Origin: Oscillospiraceae bacterium
GTDB lineage: Bacteria; Bacillota; Clostridia; Oscillospirales; Acutalibacteraceae
Direction of reading: 5' to 3'
DNA: 64,000 bases
Assembly (NCBI GenBank): GCA_902792985.1
Contig: CADBBT010000004.1
Coordinates: 55,235 to 119,234 of the forward strand
Shown in pieces: positions 35,104 through 45,221 of this stretch. A program made the translations under genes and the position numbers. The notes beneath the pieces are model-generated. The model saw only the letters and a program-made list of their open reading frames with translations, was not told where the DNA came from and ran no database searches. Each line of letters begins with the position of its first letter. The first letter of the stretch is position 1.

Positions 35104-35260
35104 GTCCTTTTGCCTGAGAGATTCACGCGATGCGCTTTCACCTTCGGCACTGCATAAAACGCAGCTTCTCCAAAGTCCCGTCCGCTTACAGTCCGGTCGG
35201 CAGCACGGCTGCCAACACCTGAGAGTTTGACTCCTTCGGTCGCGCAAATGCGCATCTCCT
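35104..35260 (-). promoter_or_regulatory. tandem glycine riboswitch
   Basis: Minus strand aptamer 1 is GGAGA...ACCGAAGGAGTCAA..CTCTCAGG...GGAC. Aptamer 2 is GGAGAAG...GCCGAAGGTGAAAG...CTCTCAGGCAAAAGGAC. Confidence 0.88.
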
Positions 35261-35296
35261 GCAAGTATCATACGGCGTTCATTTCAATTTGAAAGC

Positions 35297-35325
35297 ATTA
35301 TAGCATTGAACCGCGGCAAAATCAA
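35297..35325 (-). promoter_or_regulatory. promoter of the glycine riboswitch and AGCS gene
   Basis: Minus strand TTGATT, 17 nt, then TATAAT. Confidence 0.65.
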
Positions 35326-35377
35326 GGGTTTGCGTAAAAAAATGCCCCGGGATGAAAGTTTTTTTCTGCTTCATCTG

Positions 35378-35411
35378 CAAAAGCGGGACACAGACCGAAT
35401 GTCTGTGCCCC
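35378..35411 (-). terminator. terminator of the LRR protein gene
   Basis: Minus strand GGGGCACAGAC ATTCG GTCTGTGTCCC followed by GCTTTTGC. Confidence 0.65.
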
Positions 35412-35438
35412 TGAATGAAACTTCCTTTCAAGGTCTGC

Positions 35439-37436
35439 TCAGGCAGCCTTGAATTTCAAATTGAAAAGCTTGCAATAGGTTTCTGCGCTGGAGCCAGTTG
35501 CTGCGCAGAAGGTGACGCCGGACGGGAAATACTGCTCGTTTTCATACGATTCATCCGGATATTCCATGTGCAGCTTTGCGTTTTTGACCGTGATCGTTTT
35601 CAGATTCTTGCAGTCCATGAATGCGGAGTTATCCAAAAAGACCAGAGATTTCGGCAGCGTGATCGCGGTCAGCGCTTTGCAGTTCAGGAAAGCTTCGGCT
35701 CTGATGAACTTCACGCCTTCGCTCAGCGTAACTTTTTTCAGCGCTTTGCAGTTTTCAAATGCGTTCCAGCCGATGATTTCAACAGAACCGGGAACGGATA
35801 CGGCAGTCAGTTGCTTGCAGTTTTTGAAAACGCACTCTTCAATCGACTGCAGCTTGCCCGGGAGCTGAATGGATTTCAGCGCTTTACAGCCGGAGAACGC
35901 CTCATATTCAAGCGCTTTTAAATTGGCCGAAAGCTTGACCGCTTTCAGGTTTTTGCAATCGGCAAAGGCGCTGCTGCCCATGTCGGTGACACTGTCGGGA
36001 AGGGTGATCTTTGTCAAAGCTTTGCAATTGCTGAACGCCATATCGCCGATGGACTTCAGCTTGGCGGGCAACTGGATTGTTTTCAGCTTCGGCGTATTGC
36101 TGAAAGCACCGGCATAAATCGTTTGAACGCTGCTCGGCACACGGTAGGACGTCAGGGTGCCGGCGGACGGGAAGGCGAAGAGTACGGATTTGTTTTTGTT
36201 GAACAGAACGCCGTGCTTGTCGGCGCTGTACGCTTTGTTGCCGGCGGCAACATGGAATTTTGTTTTTTCGGAAAAAGCGTCTTCCGCGCCGCTTTTGAGG
36301 CTTTTCGGAAGTGTGACGGCTGAAATGGAGGTGTTACTGAAAACGCCGTAATCGAGGGAGGAAAGTGTGCTCGGCAGCGTGACGCTTTTCAGCGCGAAAC
36401 AATTGTAAAAAGCGCTTTCGCCGATTGTCTTCAAACCTTCGTTGAATTTGACGCTTTTCAAATCGGAGCAGCCGGAAAAGGTATAGGAACTGAGTGATTT
36501 GATTTTCTTCGGCAGGGTAACGGTCGTCAGGTCTGTGCCCGAAAAAGCACCCCAGCCAATGGTGTTCAGAGACGACGGCAGAGAAACCCGGGTAAAGCCG
36601 TGCTTGTCGGAAAACGCGTTGTCCGCAACGTTGACGGTGCCTTCTTTGATCTTCAAGGTCTGATTGCCGGTGTAAGGGCCGATATAGGCAAGAAGTGTAT
36701 TGCCCAGATAGGCCGGACCTGCGGGGAGCTGATAGTACCAGAGCGTGTCTTCAAACGCGCAGGCGCCGACCGAGCGCAGACCTTTGCCGCCGGTGATCGT
36801 GGAAAGCGCATAGCAGCCGCTGAACGCATAGCAGGGGATGCTCTGCACGCTGTCGGGGATATGAACAGACTTCAAGGCTTTGGCGTTAGAAAAAGCGCTT
36901 TCGCCAATGCTTTTTGTGCCGCTTTTGATGTTGTAGGATGTCAGAGCGCATTTTGACGCAAAGCAGACCAATGTTTTTGTTTCTGTATTGTAAAGAACCG
37001 CGCTTTGATCTACAGAAAAGGTCGGATTGCCTTTTTCCACAGAGATCGTTTTCAGGGAGTTACAAGCGGTGAGATTATAGCTTTCGATATCTTCAATGGT
37101 TTTTCCGATGAAAACATCGCTCACATGGCTCAGCTCATAGAGATCAAAGCCAAAGGTGGAGAGCAGACCGGAGGAAAACACAACACGGCGGATCTTGTCG
37201 TCATATTTTGTCCAGTCGCTGTATGTGTAGTTTTCGTCATATTCTCCATCGTATTTCTGGATGTCGCTTTTTCCGGAAAAAGTCAGCGTGCCGTCGTTGG
37301 TGAGAGTCCACTTGGCACCGGTGTTGGTTTTACCGCTGTCGATCACGGCGTTTTTTGCGAACGCAGTCGGCATCAGGCTGCAGAAGGTCAACAGGATGAG
37401 ACAGAGCGCAAGTGCGCGGCGGATGGTTGTTTTCAT
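35439..37436 (-). CDS. BspA-type leucine-rich repeat surface protein
   Basis: Signal peptide MKTTIRRALALCLILLTFCSLMPTAFA. Many repeats of about 23 aa of the form L.SV.LP.SL..IG..AF..C..L. ATG at 37436 follows AAAGGAG. Confidence 0.85.
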   Translation of the reverse strand: MKTTIRRALALCLILLTFCSLMPTAFAKNAVIDSGKTNTGAKWTLTNDGTLTFSGKSDIQKYDGEYDENYTYSDWTKYDDKIRRVVFSSGLLSTFGFDLYELSHVSDVFIGKTIEDIESYNLTACNSLKTISVEKGNPTFSVDQSAVLYNTETKTLVCFASKCALTSYNIKSGTKSIGESAFSNAKALKSVHIPDSVQSIPCYAFSGCYALSTITGGKGLRSVGACAFEDTLWYYQLPAGPAYLGNTLLAYIGPYTGNQTLKIKEGTVNVADNAFSDKHGFTRVSLPSSLNTIGWGAFSGTDLTTVTLPKKIKSLSSYTFSGCSDLKSVKFNEGLKTIGESAFYNCFALKSVTLPSTLSSLDYGVFSNTSISAVTLPKSLKSGAEDAFSEKTKFHVAAGNKAYSADKHGVLFNKNKSVLFAFPSAGTLTSYRVPSSVQTIYAGAFSNTPKLKTIQLPAKLKSIGDMAFSNCKALTKITLPDSVTDMGSSAFADCKNLKAVKLSANLKALEYEAFSGCKALKSIQLPGKLQSIEECVFKNCKQLTAVSVPGSVEIIGWNAFENCKALKKVTLSEGVKFIRAEAFLNCKALTAITLPKSLVFLDNSAFMDCKNLKTITVKNAKLHMEYPDESYENEQYFPSGVTFCAATGSSAETYCKLFNLKFKAA

Positions 37437-37701
37437 AATGATCGCTCCTTTAGATTGTTTGAAAGATGGATAGTTGGTTTTCGGATGTGCTTCGTTTGGG
37501 CTTTCTTCGTTCTTTCCGGGCTTCATCTCCCTTGCATTTGTCTTTGCTTCGCTCTCATCATAACAGATGCACCGGCGGGGGTTGTAATCTTTGTTTTACC
37601 CTGATCTTCGGACAAAACAAAGACTAACCCCCGAAAAAACGGAATGGCCGGTATTTTGCCGTTTTTGAAATGCGCCTTTTTGACTGTTTTCGGAATAGAT
37701 A

Positions 37702-37730
37702 TTGACAAATTTGCTTTTTTTAGGTAAAAT
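37702..37730 (+). promoter_or_regulatory. glpK promoter
   Basis: TTGACA, 17 nt, then TAAAAT. Confidence 0.65.
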
Positions 37731-37760
37731 TATTTAAATGCTATTTTAGGAGGAAATATT

Positions 37761-39186
37761 ATGGCAGGAAAATACGTTATGGCGCTCGATCAGGGCACAA
37801 CCAGCTCGCGCGCCATTGTCTTTGACAAGCACGGCAACATCATTGCCAAAGCGCAAAACGAGTTTGACCAGATCTATCCGAAAGCCGGCTGGGTAGAGCA
37901 CGATCCGCTGAAGATCCTTTACAGCCAGATCACGTCCATTACCTCTGTGCTGGCAAGCGGCAAATTCGATCCCAAAGAGATCGCCGGCATCGGCATCACC
38001 AACCAGCGTGAAACAACGATCCTTTGGGACCGCGCGACCGGCAAGCCTGTTTATAACGCCATCGTCTGGCAGTGCCGCCGCACCGCGGAATTCTGCGAAG
38101 AGATCAAGAAGGATCAGGAGCTTTGTGATTACATCACCGCGCACACCGGCCTGCTTGTGGACGCTTATTTCTCCGCAACAAAGATCAAATGGATCCTGGA
38201 CAACGTTCCGGGTGCAAAGGCGCTTGCCGAAGCCGGTCAGCTTTTGTTCGGCACCGTTGAAACATGGCTGATCTGGAACCTCACCGGCGGCCGTACCCAT
38301 GTGACGGATTATTCCAACGCCTCGCGCACCATGCTGTTCGACGTGGATAAGCTGGAGTGGGACGATCGTGGGTATGGAAGAGCTGGAAGGCGTGCCCATC
38401 TGCGGCGCCATCGGCGACCAGCCCTCGGCACTGTTCGGTCAGGCGTGCTTCAAGCCCGGCATGGCGAAGAATACCTACGGTACCGGTTGCTTCCTGCTGA
38501 TGAACACCGGCAACAAGCGTGTGGAATCCAAAAACAAGCTGCTCACAGGTGTGGCGTGGAGTTTGAACGGTGAGACCACTTATTCGATCGAAGGTTCCGC
38601 ATTCAACGCGGGTTCCGTCATCAAATGGCTGCGTGACGAACTGAAACTGATCGACAGCCCGCGCCGCTGCGATGAGCTTGCAGAAAGCGTCACCGACGCG
38701 AACGGCTGCTATCTTGTGCCCGCGTTCACCGGCCTCGGCGCCCCCTATTGGGATATGTATGCCCGCGGCTGCATCGTCGGTTTGACCCGCGGCGTCAACC
38801 GCGCCCACATTGCGCGCGCCGTGCTGGAAAGTATCACCTATCAGATGACCGACCTGCTCGAAGCGATGAAGGCGGATTCCGGCATCGACATCACCGACCT
38901 GCGCGTGGACGGCGGCGCGAGCGTATCCAATATCATGATGCGCATTCAGGCAAACATGGCACAGACCAAGGTCGACCGCCCGAAGTGTGTGGAGACCACA
39001 GCGCTCGGCGCTGCCTATCTTGCCGGTCTTGCCGTCGGCGTCTGGGACAGCCTGGATGACATTGAGCAAAACCGCGAGATCGATCGCATCTTTGAACCCG
39101 AAATGTCGATGGAAGTGCGCAACAAGTACTACGCCGGCTGGAAAAAGGCCGTCACCCGCGCCATGGATTGGGAAGAGAAAGAGTAA
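37761..39186 (+). pseudogene. glpK: glycerol kinase, frame-disrupted by an internal deletion
   Basis: Residues 1-201 (..[28 protein letters not shown]) are in frame 0. The remainder ([17 protein letters not shown]...GTGCF...DGGAS...) is in frame +1. Only 25 nt link WDD to VPICG, where GlpK proteins have about 35 residues. Confidence 0.75.
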
Positions 39187-39250
39187 AAGAAAAAAAGCAC
39201 CGTGGCTTTCACGGATTATTAAATGTATATTATTTATAGGAGTGATTCAC

Positions 39251-40360
39251 ATGGGAAAAGTAATTCTTGACTGGGACACTGCACGCAGCTTTATGGAAGA
39301 CGCGTTCAAAGGCGTTGGCGTACCTGCTGACGACGCGAAGATCGTGGTTGACGTGTTGCTCGAATCCGACAAGCGCGGCATCGAGTCTCACGGCTGCAAC
39401 CGCTTTAAGCCGATCTACATTGACCGCATCAACGACGGCATCCAGAACCCGGTCACCAATTTTGAAATCATCAAAGAGACCCCCTGCACCGCAGTGGTGG
39501 ACGGTCATGACGGCATGGGCCAGGTCATCGGCTACAAGTCCATGCAGATGGCGATCGACAAGGCAAAGCAATACGGCCTCGGCATGGTCGTTGTCCGCAA
39601 CTCCTGCCATTACGGCATCGCCGGCTACTATCCGACCATGGCCTGCAAACAGGGCTGCATCGGCATCACCGGCACAAACGCCCGTCCGTCCGTTGCGCCG
39701 ACCTTCGGTGTGGAAGGCATGTTCGGTACCAACCCGCTGACCATCGGCATCCCGACCGACGAGGATTTCGATTTCATCATCGACTGCGCGACCTCCATCA
39801 CCCAGAACGGCAAGATCGAGTATTATGCCCGCATCGGTGAAGACGTCCATCCGGGCACCATCATCGACATCGACGGCAACGCTGTGGAAGGCGACGCCGG
39901 CGTGGCGCTTTCCAAGATCCGCAATGGCACCGCTGCGCTTGCCACCCTCGGCGGCATCGGCGAAGCACTCGGCGGCTACAAGGGCTACGGCTACGCAATG
40001 GTCGTGGAACTGCTCTCCTCCGTGCTGCAGGACGGCCTTTACGGCAAAGATCTGGACGGCAAGGACGAAAACGGCAACAAGCGTCCGTATCACCTCGGTC
40101 ACTTCTTCATTGCGATTGACACCGACCACTTCCTCGGCGAAGAGCTTTGCCGCAAAAAGGCTGGCGAAATCATCCGCGCTGTCCGCGCTTCCAAAAAGCA
40201 GCCGGGCGCCGAGCGCATCTGGTCCGCGAACGAAAAGGAATGGAACGTCTGGCTGCAAAGAAAAGACAGCGGCGTGCCCATCAACGAATCTGTGCAGGCG
40301 GAAATGTCCAAGGTTCGCGACGATCTGAAGCTCGATTACAAATTCCCGTGGGAAAACTGA
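39251..40360 (+). CDS. Ldh_2 family (malate/L-lactate/ureidoglycolate dehydrogenase-like) oxidoreductase
   Basis: ESDKRGIESHGCNRF and NSCHYGIAGYY motifs. ATG at 39251 follows AGGAG. Confidence 0.78.
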   Translation: MGKVILDWDTARSFMEDAFKGVGVPADDAKIVVDVLLESDKRGIESHGCNRFKPIYIDRINDGIQNPVTNFEIIKETPCTAVVDGHDGMGQVIGYKSMQMAIDKAKQYGLGMVVVRNSCHYGIAGYYPTMACKQGCIGITGTNARPSVAPTFGVEGMFGTNPLTIGIPTDEDFDFIIDCATSITQNGKIEYYARIGEDVHPGTIIDIDGNAVEGDAGVALSKIRNGTAALATLGGIGEALGGYKGYGYAMVVELLSSVLQDGLYGKDLDGKDENGNKRPYHLGHFFIAIDTDHFLGEELCRKKAGEIIRAVRASKKQPGAERIWSANEKEWNVWLQRKDSGVPINESVQAEMSKVRDDLKLDYKFPWEN

Positions 40361-40409
40361 TTCTCCGGGCAAAAAACACATAACACATTTTTCAACGGAG
40401 GTAATACCC

Positions 40410-41582
40410 ATGGATTATGCAAAAGAATCCCTCAGACTGCACTATGAGTGGAAAGGAAAACTCGAAGTCACACCCCGTGCCGCAGTGGACAGCAAAGATG
40501 CGCTGTCTCTGGCTTACACCCCGGGTGTTGCACAACCCTGCCTTGAGATTCAGAAGGACATCAACAAGTCCTATGAGCTGACCCGCCGCTGGAACACCGT
40601 TGCTGTTGTCACCGACGGTACGGCTGTGCTCGGCCTTGGCGATATCGGCCCCGAAGCCGGCATGCCGGTCATGGAAGGCAAATGCGTGCTGTTCAAGGCG
40701 TTCGGCGGCGTTGACGCCATCCCCCTGTGCGTACGCTCCAAGGATGTGGACGAAATCGTGCACACTGTTGAACTGCTTGCCGGTTCCTTCGGCGGCGTGA
40801 ACCTGGAAGACATCAGCGCGCCGCGCTGCTTCGAGATCGAAAAGCGTCTGAAAGCAAGCTGTGACATTCCCATCTTCCACGATGACCAGCACGGCACCGC
40901 GATCATCACCCTCGCCGGTATGATCAATGCGCTGAAGATCGTCGGCAAGAAGATCGAAGACGTGAAGATCGTCACCTCCGGCGCAGGCGCTGCGGGCATC
41001 GCGATCATCAAGCTGCTCATGAGCATGGGTCTCAAGAACGTCATCATGACCGACCGTGTCGGCGCGATCTATAAGGGCCGCGAAGGCTTGAACCCGATCA
41101 AGGAAGAGATGGCCGAGATCACCAATCAGGCGATGGAAAAGGGCAAGCTTGCCGACGTCATCAAGGGCGCAGATGTGTTCATCGGCGTTTCCGGCCCCGG
41201 CACGCTGACCAAGGACATGGTCCGCACCATGGCGAAGGATCCCATCATCTTTGCCTGCGCAAACCCGACTCCGGAGATCTTCCCGGACGAAGCGAAGGAA
41301 GCCGGCGCCGCCGTTGTTTCCACCGGCCGCAGCGATTTCCCGAACCAGATCAACAACGTCCTTGCCTTCCCGGGCATCTTCCGCGGTGCGCTTGACGTGC
41401 GCGCAAGCGACATCAACGACGAAATGAAAGTCGCCGCTTCCTATGCGCTGGCGAACCTCGTTTCCGATGAAGAGCTGAATCCGGAATACATCATTCCGGC
41501 TGCGTTTGACGAGCGCGTGAAGGACGCCGTTGCCAAAGCTGTTGCCCAGGCAGCGATCGATTCCGGCGTTGCACGCATCTGA
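40410..41582 (+). CDS. NAD(P)-dependent malic enzyme (short form)
   Basis: LSLAYTPGVA, DGTAVLGLGDIG, FHDDQHGTA and GAGAAGIAI motifs. Confidence 0.9.
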   Translation: MDYAKESLRLHYEWKGKLEVTPRAAVDSKDALSLAYTPGVAQPCLEIQKDINKSYELTRRWNTVAVVTDGTAVLGLGDIGPEAGMPVMEGKCVLFKAFGGVDAIPLCVRSKDVDEIVHTVELLAGSFGGVNLEDISAPRCFEIEKRLKASCDIPIFHDDQHGTAIITLAGMINALKIVGKKIEDVKIVTSGAGAAGIAIIKLLMSMGLKNVIMTDRVGAIYKGREGLNPIKEEMAEITNQAMEKGKLADVIKGADVFIGVSGPGTLTKDMVRTMAKDPIIFACANPTPEIFPDEAKEAGAAVVSTGRSDFPNQINNVLAFPGIFRGALDVRASDINDEMKVAASYALANLVSDEELNPEYIIPAAFDERVKDAVAKAVAQAAIDSGVARI

Positions 41583-41775
41583 GAAACCGGCTTTTTTCCG
41601 CCCTTTGTTTCAATCCTTTCCGGCGGCACCCCAATAAGGTGCCGCCGCTGCTTTCCTTGGTGAGTTGGAATTCACTTTTTAACAAAAATCAAAAACAGAT
41701 TCGTGCATTTTTGTGGAGTTTTATTGTGACTGCTTGTGCAGTTTTCACGAATTGAAATAATTTTTAATAAATCAT

Positions 41776-41804
41776 TTGACTTTTATTCACGTTTGTCATA
41801 TAAT
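41776..41804 (+). promoter_or_regulatory. promoter of the 513-aa secreted protein gene
   Basis: TTGACT, 17 nt, then TATAAT, in an AT-rich spacer. Confidence 0.65.
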
Positions 41805-41849
41805 CTTCTTAGGATAAAACCTAAATAATTATGAAAGAAGGAGATTCCC

Positions 41850-43391
41850 ATGAAAAAAGTACTCGCAATCCTGCTCGCATCTTTGATGCTCCTGAGTGTC
41901 GTTCCTTTCGCAGCCTTTGCGAAGGTGGATCCGACCGACGCCATTGTCGCTGACATCGAAAACGCCAGCCTCTATCGTCACATCGGCTATGTGAAATCCA
42001 ACAATGAGTTCAAAAAAGAAAGAGATCTCATGACCGGTTTCGCTACTTATGATGACGCTTGGCGCAACGCGTTCACCGACAATGTGGACGTCAAATATGC
42101 AGAAGGAATCCTGCTCAGCCTCATTGAGCAGATCGAAGCCGAATATCACAACAAGACCTTCGAAAAGATCCTTGACATCCTCTCCAAAGTGCAGAAGGGC
42201 GCCGAGATCGCTGAGAAGATCGACAGCTTCACCAAAGTGCTTGACCTTGCTGGCAGCAGCGAGTGGGCAACTGCAATGAACGTGCTGAAAAACGTCATCA
42301 ACTTCGGCACCATGGCAAACGATTTCTATAAGAAATACGTGGAAGCTTATGCAAGAGTGCTCTCCATCCAGTCCGCCAGCATCTACTATGCTGAACTGCT
42401 TGACTTCATCATTGCCAACGTGAGCGGCAACCACGCTGACACTGTCAGAGCTGCTGCAAACAACATCAAGGGCCAGATGAATGAGACCTTTGAGCAGTCC
42501 CGTAACCGCATCATCGCAGAGCTTGTCACTGAAGCTGCGATCGACGGCATCGAGACCGGCATTTCCGCCGCGATGAAGACCAACACGATCACTGCTGTCA
42601 TCGACACTGTGTATCATCTGTCCGGCACCATCGGCAAGAAAGTGTTCAACACCCAGAACCTCTATGAATACATGACCTCTCTTGCAGAGCTTGTTGAAAT
42701 CGAAGACTGCGTGCCTCCTTATGTTGCCACTGCGAAAGCCGGCGCTCTGCTGATGCCGAAGAAGGCTGACGCTCTGAACGCTGAAGAAACCGAAACCAAG
42801 GAAAAAGCTGACGAGCGCGCTTGGGACTTCGCGATCCATGCACTTGCTGTGATGCGCGAGACCGGTGAATTCCTTGTCAAGAAGCTTGCACAGGCTAAGT
42901 CCTCCAGCACTTGGAACGGCATTGGCGAAAAGACCGGTTGGTGGTCCAACACTGACGAAATGAACGCTGTCATCAAAGACGCTGCTGTGATGTATGCGAA
43001 GTCTCATGCATGGCGTATGGTCATCGACACCGAAGGCGTTGTGAAGACCTATGGCACCTATTTCTCCATCGAAAAGGGTAAGAACGCGGTTGCGATCAAC
43101 TCCAAGAATCAGATCGTTGGTAAGATCATCAGTGCGACTGCTACAGAAGTTGTCAACGACAGCGTTGCTCTGTATGCTGCTGACGATGCCGACATCGGCG
43201 AATTCGTGAAGGTTGTCATCGCTCTTGAACCGGGCATCTATGTGAGATATCCGAACTATGTTGTTGGTGACGGCAGCTCCAGCTCCAGCTCTAGCTCCAG
43301 CTCCAGCGGCGGCTTCGGCAGCATCTTCTCCAACCTGTTCAAGTCCATCGGCGACTTCTTCAAGAGCTTGTTCAGCATCTTCAAGTTCTAA
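41850..43391 (+). CDS. secreted helical protein of unknown function with a poly-Ser linker and Phe-rich amphipathic C-terminal tail
   Basis: Signal peptide MKKVLAILLASLMLLSVVPFAAFA and SD AAGGAG. The body has no domain I recognise. The C-terminus is GSSSSSSSSSSSGGFGSIFSNLFKSIGDFFKSLFSIFKF. Confidence 0.8.
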   Translation: MKKVLAILLASLMLLSVVPFAAFAKVDPTDAIVADIENASLYRHIGYVKSNNEFKKERDLMTGFATYDDAWRNAFTDNVDVKYAEGILLSLIEQIEAEYHNKTFEKILDILSKVQKGAEIAEKIDSFTKVLDLAGSSEWATAMNVLKNVINFGTMANDFYKKYVEAYARVLSIQSASIYYAELLDFIIANVSGNHADTVRAAANNIKGQMNETFEQSRNRIIAELVTEAAIDGIETGISAAMKTNTITAVIDTVYHLSGTIGKKVFNTQNLYEYMTSLAELVEIEDCVPPYVATAKAGALLMPKKADALNAEETETKEKADERAWDFAIHALAVMRETGEFLVKKLAQAKSSSTWNGIGEKTGWWSNTDEMNAVIKDAAVMYAKSHAWRMVIDTEGVVKTYGTYFSIEKGKNAVAINSKNQIVGKIISATATEVVNDSVALYAADDADIGEFVKVVIALEPGIYVRYPNYVVGDGSSSSSSSSSSSGGFGSIFSNLFKSIGDFFKSLFSIFKF

Positions 43392-43404
43392 GAACCAAAA
43401 ACAC

Positions 43405-43434
43405 AAAGTGCTCGCTTCGGCGGGCACTTTTTCT
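43405..43434 (+). terminator. intrinsic terminator
   Basis: AAAGTGCTCGC TTCG GCGGGCACTTT followed by TTC. Confidence 0.7.
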
Positions 43435-43510
43435 ATGCGTCGAACCCTTGACAAATCTTTTTGATGCTTTATAATAAAGAAGATAATATCTTATTATGAG
43501 GAGTGGTCAC

Positions 43511-43780
43511 ATGCGTGCCATAATTACCGTGACCGGCAAGGATACCACCGGCATCATTGCCCGGGTTTGCACCTGCCTTGCGGAAAATGATGTCAACATT
43601 CTCGATATCAGCCAGACCGTTATGCAGGAGTTTTTCACCATGGCGATGCTGGTGGAGCTGGAAAAAAGCAAGCTCGGCTTTTCCGAACTGAGCGACGCGC
43701 TCGCTGCCATCGGCGAATCGATGGGTCTGGTCGTGCGTATCCAGCGCGAAGACATTTTCACGCGGATGCACAGAGTCTGA
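43511..43780 (+). CDS. ACT-domain protein (UPF0237 family)
   Basis: MRAIITVTGKDTTGIIARV...NILDISQT. GAGGAG SD lies 7 nt upstream. Confidence 0.8.
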   Translation: MRAIITVTGKDTTGIIARVCTCLAENDVNILDISQTVMQEFFTMAMLVELEKSKLGFSELSDALAAIGESMGLVVRIQREDIFTRMHRV

Positions 43781-43789
43781 GGTGGCGCC

Positions 43790-45151
43790 ATGCTGTATAA
43801 TATGCAAGACATCGTCAGCACCCAGGACATGATCGACAAGCAGCACCTTGATGTGCGCACGATCACGATGGGCATCTCTCTGCTGGACTGTGCCGACACC
43901 GATGTACAACGCTGCGCGGAGAAGGTGTATTCCAAAATCATGCAGAAGGCGCGCCGGCTTGTGGCGGTCGGGGAGCAGATCGAAACCGAATTCGGCATCC
44001 CCATCGTCAACAAGCGCATTTCCGTGACGCCGATCTCCCTGGTTGCCGCCGCCTGCACCGGAGCGGATTATACGCACATTGCGCTGGCGATGGACAGGGC
44101 GGCGAAGGACTGCGGCGTGAATTTCATCGGCGGTTTTTCCGCACTGGTGCAAAAGGGCTTTTCCGAAAGCGACAAAAAACTGATCGCGTCGATCCCGTCT
44201 GCACTGGCGGCGACGGAGCGCGTGTGTTCTTCCGTTTGCGTGGCCTCAACAAAGGCAGGCATCAACATGGATGCTGTGGCGCGCATGGGCGAGATCATCA
44301 AACAGACGGCCGACCTGACAAGGGACGCCGGTGGCTTTGGCTGCGCGAAGCTGGTCGTTTTTGCAAACGCGGTGGAGGATAATCCTTTTATGGCGGGCGC
44401 GTTCCACGGCGTTGGGGAAGGCGAGTGTGTGATCAATGTTGGCGTTTCCGGCCCGGGCGTTGTTTATCATGCTCTGCAAAGCTGCAAGGGGCAACCCTTC
44501 GATGTGGTGGCCGAAACGATCAAGCAAACGGCGTTCAAGATCACCCGCATGGGCCAGCTCGTCGCCAAGGAAGCCTCAGAGCGACTGGACGTTCCGTTCG
44601 GAATCGTCGATCTCTCCCTTGCACCGACGCCGGCAAAGGGTGACTCTGTGGCGCGCATTCTCGAGGAGATGGGCTTGGAACACTGCGGCACGCACGGCAC
44701 GACAGCCGCGCTGGCCCTGCTCAACGACGCGGTCAAAAAAGGCGGCGTGATGGCGAGTAGCCATGTCGGCGGCCTTTCCGGCGCATTTATCCCGGTCAGC
44801 GAAGACGAGGGCATGATCGAGGCGGCGCAGATGGGCGCGCTGTCGCTCGATAAGCTGGAAGCGATGACCTGCGTGTGTTCCGTTGGTCTTGACATGATCG
44901 CTGTGCCGGGCGATACGAGCGCTGCGACGCTTTCCGCGATCATTGCGGACGAAGCGGCGGTGGGTGTGGTCAACTGCAAAACAACGGCGGTGCGTGTGAT
45001 TCCCGCTCCGGGAAAAACCGTCGGCGACATGGTCGAATTCGGTGGTCTGCTCGGCAGTGCGCCTGTGATGGATGTGCATCCCTTCTCTGCCGATATCTTC
45101 ATTTCCCGCGGCGGACGCATTCCGGCGCCGATGCACAGCCTGAAGAATTAA
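43790..45151 (+). CDS. UPF0210 (DUF711) family protein
   Basis: [16 protein letters not shown]-terminal signature, in the usual pairing with the UPF0237 ACT protein. Confidence 0.8.
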   Translation: MLYNMQDIVSTQDMIDKQHLDVRTITMGISLLDCADTDVQRCAEKVYSKIMQKARRLVAVGEQIETEFGIPIVNKRISVTPISLVAAACTGADYTHIALAMDRAAKDCGVNFIGGFSALVQKGFSESDKKLIASIPSALAATERVCSSVCVASTKAGINMDAVARMGEIIKQTADLTRDAGGFGCAKLVVFANAVEDNPFMAGAFHGVGEGECVINVGVSGPGVVYHALQSCKGQPFDVVAETIKQTAFKITRMGQLVAKEASERLDVPFGIVDLSLAPTPAKGDSVARILEEMGLEHCGTHGTTAALALLNDAVKKGGVMASSHVGGLSGAFIPVSEDEGMIEAAQMGALSLDKLEAMTCVCSVGLDMIAVPGDTSAATLSAIIADEAAVGVVNCKTTAVRVIPAPGKTVGDMVEFGGLLGSAPVMDVHPFSADIFISRGGRIPAPMHSLKN

Positions 45152-45221
45152 AACGGCATTCTTTCTGTACGCTGCCCCTGAACCTTTTCCCGATTTCAAC
45201 TGAGATAAGGATCGTGATATC

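Noticed and set aside
38300-38420. Programmed +1 frameshift or recoding in glpK
   Set aside because: About 26 residues of conserved GlpK sequence are simply absent at the junction, so a deletion explains the break. No slippery or shifty motif is evident.
38987-39250. N-terminal extension of the Ldh_2 family gene (track start 38987). Analogous extensions occur at 46479 (metH), 49935 (serine hydrolase), 17999 (ECF S unit), 35089 (AGCS), 37526 (LRR protein), 61063 (GH28) and 3987 (upp).
   Set aside because: The extensions overlap upstream genes or leaders, are Arg/Pro/Ser-rich, and lack an SD. In each case an internal ATG is preceded by a good SD and marks the start of recognisable homology or a signal peptide.
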